Under the pieces are notes generated by a model that saw only the letters and a list, made by a program, of their open reading frames with translations, searched no databases and had not been told where the DNA came from. Position numbers and translations under genes: made by a program. From positions 60,697-80,696 of the forward strand of contig KZ538683.1 in the NCBI GenBank assembly GCA_000934665.2: DNA of 20,000 nucleotides, given 5' to 3'. The DNA is from Catajapyx aquilonaris (Eukaryota). How positions within the stretch are numbered: position 1 is the stretch's first letter; each line of letters opens with the position of its first letter. This document shows positions 10,261-20,000 of the stretch, one piece after another.

Positions 10261-10772
10261 AGAAATTTGCTGGTAATCTCATAGGAGATGCATGTGTTCG
10301 CACCCCTGAACCCTGGGGTAGACCATAGGCTTTGCGATATACCCGTACCAAAGGCCGTGACACTTGTTGAATAGAAACATGAAATGGGCAGCAGAAGCGC
10401 TATCGGCGTCTGTCCCAAAATAAATCCAGTCCATCCGGAGAGAATGATAGTGCTAGCGAGTGGGACAGGAAAAAAAATGATAGTGCCGTATAATTTAGTT
10501 TGACGACATCACAGGAACCATCTCAAACAGTAAATATTAGAGTAATAGAATTGACGTGACAAAGGGAGTGGCTAATTACGTAGCTGCTGAATTAGTAAAG
10601 AGCTATTCAGTCATGTGAGTTAGTCATTGATCGCAACTTGACAAGCACGATGGAAGTTTGGGAGGTATATATAGTCCACAGCCTTTCAAACCCAAACTGT
10701 GTCAACCAACAACATCACTATGGATCGCTCTGGTAGTCGGCTTGGGCGTTGTTATTGTTGGCCTTATACTAC

Positions 10773-10840
10773 TGTTGTTATTGTTGTTGTTGTTGTTGTT
10801 ATTATTGTTGTTGTTGTTATTATTATTATTATTATTATTA
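10773..10840. repeat. Compound (TTG)n/(TTA)n microsatellite
   Basis: Read directly from the sequence; it produces the poly-L, poly-V/I and poly-C/Y ORFs in the track. Confidence 0.95.
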
Positions 10841-11736
10841 CACCGGTACTACATTGTTTTTTTTGTTGTATCCATGCGATTACGTACCAATAATTTCATT
10901 ACGAAGCCCGTATGTAACATGTTTTTATTTCGCAATATGAATATAAAGCCAACAATAACCTTGCTCACAACATCCTGTGCACATGAAGTAATCTACTCTA
11001 TGCGTGCGTCAGATTTCATGTGGAACGTTTATAGTAACACATGTTTATGCTGCTGTATATGACTGCGATACTGTGATATTGGTGTTTTGTGTCACTATAT
11101 GTATGGTAAACTGATATCTGATAAAACTTGCTGTTCAGTCCGTGTTTTTTTGAAGCGTCTATGTGCATGTGAATCACTCTGCACACACGGGAGTCTATAA
11201 TTACTGCACGAAGAGGAAATTAATAATTCATATTGTGGAGCTCATCCTTTGTCTATATGAGAGTGTAGCAGGAACACGCGACAGTATATTGCAGCCTGAT
11301 AATTAAAGCTGTACTTACAGCGGCCAGATAGGTTCCACCAAACAGGTGGCTAATCTGGCCAAGAGGTGATTTGAATTGAGTGACACTTACGTATGGTGCA
11401 TTAGTCTTAATTATTAACGTTTACGTGCATGAAGCGGAAAAGCTTGATACGAGCTTATTACACTTTGCGTGTGGTGTACGTTTTTATGAGGTCTATACAA
11501 ATGTTTATTTCTGTCTCTCTCCTTATCTCGTTAGGAGGTGGACGTGCTCGACATGGCCTATATTCGAGACACTCGGACCGGAAGACACGCCAAGATCCCA
11601 AAGGTGAGTTCGCAAATGTCAACCTAATGGCTTTTTTCATTTGTAACTTCCTTCCTGGGACCCCCTCTCTTTTTTAGTGCAGAGGCAAGCAAAAGCTGGA
11701 TAGCTCGTCTCATCCGATCAATCCCTCAGGTTTTAA

Positions 11737-11777
11737 CCCCCCCCCCCCCNCCCCCCCCCCCACCCCACCCCCACCCC
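11737..11777. repeat. Poly-C/CCCCA tract with an internal N
   Basis: C run 11737-11761 with N at 11750, followed by (ACCCC)-type units. Confidence 0.9.
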
Positions 11778-12500
11778 TCTTCTTTTTTAGGTCCTAAACG
11801 AGGCTTTATGCTCTTACTAAATCGTCTTACTGCTTACCTTCCTTCTTCTTTTCCTTCTTAACGCGATTCTAGCATCAGAGATCGACTTTTCATGTGTGAC
11901 CAGCTTCTTTTCCGACGAGAATTTCTCCGCTAAGGAATTTCTAAATTGCGTATTTCCTTTAGAACGCTTACAAGTTGGAAGCCTTGGGTGTGCATTTGAA
12001 TAGTCGGGTTAAGCCGCTGGCTACGCCTTTGACCGCAGATTGGACTGAAGGGAACTCTCGTCTCCAGCACGCCAGCAGCAGGAGCGCTTAAATATTTTAA
12101 ATCCGCGGTACCTGCTCGGTTCTATTCAAGGAGACTTGTGAGGGGAATTTTGCATTACGTATTTCTTGTACTTTGGTTAGTAAAAGCGCCAGCACCGGAA
12201 AAGAGGCTTTGCGCCCGACGTCATACCACAAGGTGTTGATGTTAACCCCGTGATTGAAGGTCCAATTAGTTGGGCTTCCCGCAATTCAAACGACTGCTAT
12301 ACACATGCCGGCTATATGAAACGCACTTCAAACGGCCAGAGTCAAATGAATGCACATGTAGCTTCAATTAGTCGGGGGCTTTTTTTTTCTTTCATTCTTT
12401 TTTTACCTGAAGTTGGCAGGAAGCTGCCTCTGGAAATGACGACCCAGTTATATACATACAATGAGAGAATGTATATAGGAAGCAAAGTTGGTGTCACCCT

Positions 12501-12636
12501 GCGCCAATCAGCTTAAACGTCGTCCGCGTTTCCGTTTTGTTCGCTGGTGCACGCTTGACGTCACAATCCGCGGCAATGATCGATGCGGGCTGCTGGAAGG
12601 AGACTTTTTTGTCAAGGTCCGCCCCCTTGTATATAG
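12501..12636 (+). promoter_or_regulatory. Pol II promoter-like module (CCAAT, CRE, GC box, TATA-like)
   Basis: GCCAATCAG (CCAAT 12504-12508), TGACGTCA (12556-12563), CCGCCC (12619-12624) and TATATAG (12630-12636) lie in plausible order within a locally CpG-rich stretch. There is no transcript evidence. Confidence 0.35.
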
Positions 12637-14989
12637 GTGAGCACTAGACGATGTGAAAAGATGAAATTCCATCTAGTTGTCGGGCACATGAGAATAGAAT
12701 CCTGTTGGAGCCGTGGGGAGGTACGGGGGGGCAATACTTGCATCTGACAGCATATGTTGGCAGGTGGAAGTTGAGCGATCTGGAGGAAAGGTGACCTCTG
12801 GGTCCGGAGGCTGTGAATTTGGTAGCCTAATGGAGCAGGCCTACCAGCTCTCATTTGGCCTAATCGCATTTCCACTTAGATGCAAACGAGCCGGATGATC
12901 AGGTTAAAGGCTCGGCTTCCTCTTCCTTCTCCTCGTTGTCACGTATCTGCTGCTGCCTGCATAGGCAGACATAGTAGCTATGTTATGCACCGGAAAATTG
13001 TGGCTTTTTCTATCAGGGTGACAGCAGGATGTAAGATGTAAGTTTCCGACCGCGAGTATATAGTGTGTGATTAGTTCAGTGTCAAGGTGGGCCGGAAAGC
13101 CGCCACTTTGCATCGATTTTCGGAAGCAATTTTTTTTAATTTTTAACACGTTTGGATTAATTATTGTTGGTGCAAATACAAGTAAACGCGACGGGTTGAA
13201 CTTAAGCCCGAGGCAAGTTTCGGAACTGTGGTTCTAATTAAATGAATAATTTATCCGCGCCTACTTTTGCTGGGTGATGTGAAATTTATGCAGGAATTTT
13301 ACATTAGTAGCCGCAAAGTCATGGAAAATCTGCATTAGTTATTTATTCTGTAAAAAATGCGGTTGACATTTGACGGCCCCCTGCATGCGTACACGAACAA
13401 CTTTTCCCCGGCAGAGTAAGACGTGTGATAGGCCCACCAAACGTTGGCATTGTTTCCCCCCCTGCCCCCCCAACTGGGAACTTTGCATGAACGATTGGGG
13501 CATATCAGCACACCGGTTGCAGGCAATAATCTGGCAACTTTTTGTTCCCGAATGAATATTAACGCCTATGAAAGTGATTAATGCAAACTGTTTAGTGTAA
13601 CGAGCCATTCATTTCTCTTGCACGTAATTCGCTAATCCAAGCCAGATGTGAACCGACCTAGTGTTTGCGCACCCCCCCAGAGGTGGTCCCCAAAATTAAC
13701 GTGACGTAATATAATTCCGGGGAAATACATTACCTTACGACCATGTAAATTGTATGCAATGGACTTGGTGCCGGTCCGCTGTAAACAAAAACGTTACCAA
13801 CAGCAAGCTATCAAATGGACAGCGAGCGCTATTAAGTTTTTGTTGCTCTGCCAACAACCGTTGGTATGTGTTTTTTAAATTTAGAATTCAATGCGGCTCG
13901 TCGGTGTTGAACAAATAAGCGAGATTAAACAGCGTTCGCTACTCAATCGGCATTATAAGCTTAACTAGTGCGGTGTTGAATGGAGCTAAGCTGCGGTTGC
14001 TATATAGGGCTGGAAAGAAACACTAGATCTGAGTCTGGGAACTTTCTTGACCGCAGACACAATGTTCTGGTTTGCCCCTGCGGTGCATGCACATTGGTGG
14101 GTGAAAGAGGCGTACAGGTTGCAGTCTAGGCCAGGATGAACGGGGACCTTGGGGAGGATGAGACCTCCCCCCCATAAATGCCTGAGCCTTGCTTCTTGGG
14201 CGATTTCCCGGAGGAGTCGTGTGGGACTCCCATTTCTGCTTTCCTTCATCAAAAAACATTTGGATTGCGTGGTACGTGAATTGTAGGGTGTGGCAAACAG
14301 CACGTGGTTTTAGCCCGCATCGTTCTTGAGTTCCGGCTATTTATTAGTTGGCTAGCAACTGTAGTGAGACTGTAATGATGCATAATGTGCCGCGTGTGAT
14401 GCATCATCTATTTCCGTTTTGTGCCCTGAATAATAATGGCATAAATTGTGAAATAGGTGCACATAATTTTGGTGCGACCCTGTCTATTATTGATATTTGA
14501 AACCCCATTATAATGAATTTGGTCATTTTAGCACAATTTGCATTGTGACCCCCATGTGTCAATAAATGGTCGAACCAATTGGCCACACACACAAAAAAAA
14601 AAACAGTCGTGTCACCACGCTTTATTTTGTCATTGTTCCTATGCTCCAGTGTCGGAATTGTTTCGGAAATATCGGTCGTAGGGAAGGTCGTCGCAGAAGA
14701 CCTCGTTTGTGATGAATGAGACGCTGCTGATTGTAGCAGAGAAGCATCGGCCGAGATCAATATTTTTCAACCTCATTAACGAGGCCCTATTGAGCCTGGT
14801 GATGAAAACGATATCCTATTAGGATAGGAGGAGAAGGGGGCGCCCCCTCCCCCTTGAGCGAACAGGCGGTGTGCTCTTCCCCCCCCCCCCCCCCCNTCCG
14901 AATAATTAGACCCCCACAATGTTATCAAGCCATCTAGTCAGGAGTAGTATATAGACAGTTACAGCAAGCAGCAAATGACACAAGTTGTG

Positions 14990-15022
14990 GGCTGGCTGGC
15001 TGGCCTGGCTGGCTGGCTGGCT
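14990..15022. repeat. (GGCT)n tetranucleotide microsatellite
   Basis: About 8 units with one interruption. Confidence 0.9.
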
Positions 15023-15070
15023 TTCGGATGCTGCAGGTAGATCTCGACATCCGAGCCAAATCGTTAATTT

Positions 15071-15125
15071 GGGGCGGGGTTTGCGTGGGTGGGTGGGAGG
15101 GATGGATGGGAGGGTGGAGGGTGGG
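15071..15125 (+). other. Potential G-quadruplex tract
   Basis: Many G3-G4 runs with mostly short loops, including GGGTGGGTGGGAGGG. Confidence 0.6.
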
Positions 15126-17080
15126 AGTGTGTCGCCTCCTGTTGCATTTAAAATTCGCGTCATGGAGCGACTTATCAAGTATTTATGGGGAGTGACAAGC
15201 AGCGTATGGAAGGCTGTGCTGGGGACCCCACTTCCTTCCCTTGTTTTCTCGGCTGAGCAGATTTGTGTCATGGCTGCATTTCACAAAGGGAGGCAGCGTT
15301 TTGGGATGGGGGGGAGGGGGAAGGGGGGGGGAGAGATAATCTTATTCTGGACGAGCACTGGCCATATGAGTTTTGACATCCACTTTATTTTCATCCTCCA
15401 TTTCTGCATGGCCTGGCTTCGTACTTAGTAGGACATGTTCCGTTGGTTGTTATTGCGCGCCGAAAAAGGGCAGGCCGTGTTGAAAAAGGCCAGTTTATTT
15501 TCGCCATGGCCGCTAGACATCCCGCATCAATTAACATTCGCGTCAGATTGTGTCTCTTTTTGTCACGCAAATCAATACCGGATAATAACCTGAACTGTTA
15601 CATGTACACTATGCACTGGCAGCATCATTCATTAAACAGGGGTTGGCCAAAGTATACGGCCAGAAAGGGGGTCGATACACAGGGTTGGGCCAAGAGGTGA
15701 AATCTCCATTCCCTGGCTCGGGAAGGTAAACTCTTCGGGAAAAAAAAAAAAATGTAGTGACGTAATAGGTGCTTGTTAGTATATAGGGTATGCACGTGGA
15801 AATGGCGTGCTTGCTGCAGTTGGAGACAGGAAAATATTGGCAGAGAAGGCCAGGCACCCACCCCACCCATCCTCCCCATTCTCCCCCGCCCCCCAATTTA
15901 GTCTCCCTTAATCCACTTAAATGGCTGATCGGCTGTCACGCCACACTTCCCCTTGAGCATGATGGCCCATGTCGAATCGGAATTCGCAAACTCGGCCCGT
16001 GGATTACTATCATTAACCTCATCACCATTGCTTTTAGATACACGCTCTTACACCAGAGGACTCATTGTATTGGTCATATGTGTGTACCTGATCTGGATAA
16101 TGTCGTGAAGGAATGAATATACACAGTATTTTATTTCGTTTGCGTGTTGTCGTAATTAGATCATGCGTTGTCCAGGGAAGGGCTGTGCAGATTGAAACCG
16201 GATTAGTTGTCAACGTAACCGTGTAAACTAATATTCGCCGCTTTATATTTTAGCTACTTCCGACGTCATTTGCGGGGGGGAAATTGAAGTTACGAGTTTC
16301 CGGAACACAGGACGAGCCGAAAGCAAAAGTGATGCGTATATGGCTCTAAAAAAAAAGAGTAGCCTATACCGGCATCCAGATCCGGTGCATGTAACGAAAG
16401 ATAATGAATCTATAGCAAAATCCGCTATGCCCCCACCCCCCGACCCCCCACCCTTTTGTGAAGCCACTCTCTCGTCAAGCAATGAGCGTGTGATTCAATC
16501 AGGGCTTCTCTGTTTGCATTTTTTCTCCCGTCCTCTCCTGCTCCTCTCCCCACCGCCATGCTCCCCACTCCCTCGGCGTGCTCTTTACGACCGAAGCCCC
16601 TGGTGGGATTCACTATACTTAAATGACCAGTTGTTAGCCAGCAGAGCCGGGGGTCCCACTACGTGCTTATTCACAAGCCATTTATCCGTCAATTTCTGCC
16701 CCGTTTTCTCGGTGGAATGGTTTCTAGTTATGGGGGCAGGCTACAAATTGGACGTGTGTGACTGCTAAGGTCGTCAGGGGGTGTCAGGTACGATGTATGC
16801 GAGGATTGGCCTCTTCTGAACGCCATTATTGCCTTTTCAACTGCAGCGGAGATTCGATAAACAAAGAGGATAATTTTAACCTATTGATTTATCCAGCACG
16901 CGTCCCTTCATGTGTGGAGGGCAGTGGTTTTGCTTATTACGTCAGATTATGCAGCACAAATTTGTACTTACTGGTACATATACACCCATTTGGCGTATGA
17001 CTTTTCGATCCCATTCATGCTGCAGGTGTGGTAAGGGGGAATTCGATTTAAAAATTTGTGCATCTTAATTAGTAGCGTTA

Positions 17081-17305
17081 GTATTATGGCGGTAATTCTG
17101 CATTGGAAATGTCAAGCTGATGTGACCGCGCAGACCTCGTTAACATGAATATATTTTGGGTTTGTTGCAGTAACTTTGGAAGTGCCGATGTTTCGAGATA
17201 AAAATCGATCTTGGTTAACTCAGAGGTCTGCAACGTTCTATAGCTTCCCGATATTGAACGCATCTGGCGGTGGTACTATGGACTTAATGGTAACGCCATT
17301 TATAC
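17081..17305. mobile_element. Old degenerate fold-back element (MITE-like)
   Basis: GCAGACCTC---GTTAAC (17130-17144) pairs with GTTAACTCAGAGGTCTGC (17214-17231). Weaker outer pairing is GTATTATGGCG (17081) / CGCCATTTATAC (to 17305). No clear TSD. Confidence 0.35.
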
Positions 17306-19908
17306 AAGATGGTTCGGCATGGCACACGGCATTCCTACATCACGTTTGGGGCCATTTGGCCACTTACAACGTTATTACAAGAAATCTTTCCATTGTTTAG
17401 GATACCTTATGTCGTTGTTACTACTCAGTTTATATCACCGATCATTTCTAGAGGTGGTTTAGTGAATACCGACATTGTTCGTGTGAAGGTAATTCCGGAT
17501 ATGAAACTGCGGCGGTAAAATATGTTTTCTTTGAATACGCGAAATTGAAAATCCAGGGTTTTAAAACTTGGTAAAATCATTATCAAGTAATAAAAATTGA
17601 TAACCAATCACGAGATATTAATTTTTTTATAATCTTTAATTTGAAAGTGCGTGAAAGTGTTGTCACTCATTATTACTTTAAACCTCCCGATAATATCAGT
17701 AAATTTAATCGGTACCCTCACTATTATTTAATAAGCACATTGTGAGCTTTATTTCATCATAAGTGTTTTTTAAGCATCTTCACTGAATAGAAATGTCAGG
17801 ATAATTATATCGGATAAGGAAAGGCTTTAAAAAACCAATTGTAGCATTACGCCTATCACTTTAAATCGAAGTACAGTATATGCACTTATGGTGATGTATG
17901 TTGACATATATCATAACAAGCAGACACAAATAAATTCCTTCTATTACTTCATTAGTGCAAAATCCATTATCAATATTATTTTGGAACTTGTACCGTACAC
18001 GGTAAACTTGCCAACGAATGATTATTACATGTTTAATTATTATTCACGATTCCTTTTGAAAGTTACATCGAGTTACGCTTTTTAGAAACATAATTACATC
18101 TGGTACCGTACTCTTATAAATTATCTGTAGGGTACTTATGAATTCTGGAAAGCCCTTACAAGCCCAAGGAAACGTTGTTAGACTTTGTGTAAGTATTGAA
18201 CACGCCTGTAAAATATTAATTTGCTCTTGAAAACTAGACTCCAAGAGGAAAATTTCCTGCCTAAGTTTAAATCCACAGCGAAAGTGTGGAAAATGAGAAA
18301 CGACTATACCTAAAAAGATCAGGAGAGATAATAACTTTTTTTCCTGATCGCAGCTATACTGTATAAAGACTCCTGAATCATCAACACGTCAACTGGAGTT
18401 AGAAATGTTGGCTGAACTGTGTGTCTGTTTTTTATATACTGATGTATATAAGGTGTGTCAGTTATTCTCGTGTTATGGGCAGGTACTGATATTCCATGAC
18501 AGCAGTATTTTATTTTAAGTATACAGATGCTCTGCAAAAGCGTTTGGTGAATATTAAGTTCTGGTGACATTTCCATATACTGTATACATGATAGGGAATA
18601 TCTTACTAATTATGCAGCCTCCCGATTCTAATCAGATGAGTTGTAAATCCTGTAAACGCTCCATATGTATATATTTATTTTGCATTCCATATAAACTATT
18701 AATAGTGTACTTTTGGCAAGGAATAGATTCGCATAATTGTATTAATTAACACGAACTTAGAGACTAATTTATAGGAAGCAGCGGACAGTTTAACTACCCT
18801 GATTCGTCATTATTCAGCAGCGTGTCGCGAGGAAATGTCCCGTGTTAAAAAGGTCAGTTCTTTGAGTACGGGCATGCATTCGCCGCTCCTGTGATTAATA
18901 ATTATAAAGTTGGCTCCATGATACGCTCTGGGGAATTTATATTGGACCATCAGAAACACGTTGCAGTCGGATCGGCGTGTGATGTGACCACTCACTATAG
19001 AGATGCGAAGCTTTTTGCATTAGTTAACAGGGCTGTTAACAGAGTATTGAACTTCGTGTTTACTAGTAGACCAGGTGATGCGATTTTGCTTTTGCCACAG
19101 TAGGCCTATGCCCGAGCCTATCTTGAGTGACTGACTACATTTTGCAAATTATGGGACAAAATATGTAGTCTCTTCAGTAGCGGGCTATGCACTTTTAAAC
19201 ATTATTATAGGCTTGGATTGCGCACGTGTGAGTTTCACAGTGCTAAGGACTTCCACGGAAGTCAACGCCACTATTATTCTGGGCAATTTGAATATATATC
19301 TGAAATCTATTGTGGCGGCTTTGTAGAGGGGAGATGTAGGTAGAATAGTGTGGCCATAAAGGTACCACTCTAGGCTTGTAAATGAATAAACTAACGTCTC
19401 ACGCCTTAGCCACGGCCTTTAGGGTAGCCTGTTGTGTGCAGGGGAGTAGTTTATTTCAATTTCAGTGCTTGCTCCTGCTCCATCCATTCATTCCACCTGA
19501 ATCCCATTTAAGGGCCCTACGAAACTGATATTTAATAGCGCCTTTCTATATATGGGTTTGTCCATTCAAGTTGCCAAGGATATAAATCGTGGCCATGACT
19601 TCTGAGACAGCCCGGGTAACCGTGACTTTTAAAAGAAGTTTTGCTGGGAAGAAAGTTGAATTCAAGTTTTCAGAACCATCCAGCAGGGCTTCACTGAAGC
19701 CACAGAAATAATTTTGGAATTTTCTTTTTTTCTTTCCAAGTGTAAAAACTTGGCCAAACTATACTTTGACAGTTACAGCTGTGTGAACTACGTCACGTGT
19801 CATGAACTGGAACTCCAGATGTAAGTTACATGCCAGCAATTTAGATGCGATTTACAGAATCACTGCCCCGCATATTTGCATATGTGAATAGCCTATACCC
19901 TTCATATA

Positions 19909-20000
19909 CGAGGGTCGTCCAATAAGTTCTGAGCCTGATGTTGAAAGACATGTTTGATGGTCAAAATTTTATTAAGACTCTTCGACGTAGTCACCTTGAA
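19909..20000 (+). mobile_element. Left end (TIR and 5' subterminal region) of a mariner-family element running off the window
   Basis: TA|CGAGGGTCGTCCAATAAGT is a typical CGAGGG-type mariner TIR start. It is followed by TTCGACGTAGTCACC, which resembles the 5' subterminal motif I recall from such elements. Confidence 0.7.

Noticed and set aside
10658..11062. Poly-Leu 'membrane protein' ORF
   Set aside because: It is a translation of the (TTG)n/(TTA)n microsatellite.
18520..18670. Penelope GIY-YIG-like snippets (QMSCKSCKRS on +, AFAEHL on -)
   Set aside because: The snippets lie on opposite strands, so they cannot belong to one ORF.
1026..19103. The short ORFs of the six-frame track as intact genes
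   Set aside because: None shows a recognisable intact domain. Many arise from MITE arms (mirror ORFs at 2001-2430 and 4913-5399), microsatellites or N runs.
1..20000. CRISPR array, operon or prokaryotic defence system
   Set aside because: No regularly spaced direct repeats and negligible coding density; the sequence is eukaryotic in character.

Overview
This window looks like eukaryotic (probably invertebrate animal) intronic or intergenic DNA. It has no intact protein-coding gene, RNA gene, CRISPR array or prokaryotic system that I can support. CpGs appear plentiful by eye, and there are microsatellites, poly-C/G runs and one 263-N scaffold gap. The left ~6.5 kb and right ~3 kb hold a dense set of short DNA-transposon relics: three clear fold-back MITEs (2110-2234, 5011-5311, 6198-6475), a Tigger/pogo end strikingly like the mammalian MER2 consensus as I recall it (1466-1602), and the left end of a mariner at the window edge (19909-20000). 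The central ~7.5-17 kb lacks recognisable MITEs and is rich in TF-motif clusters and G-tracts, including a CCAAT/CRE/GC/TATA promoter-like module at 12501-12636. The most unexpected signal is at ~9158-9464. Two overlapping frames there, joined at a 4-nt duplication, give collinear blocks resembling the KDM4/JMJD2 JmjC core, suggesting a decayed pseudogene. Family assignments rest on recalled consensus sequences and need database confirmation. I found no firm evidence of a wholly new biological system.
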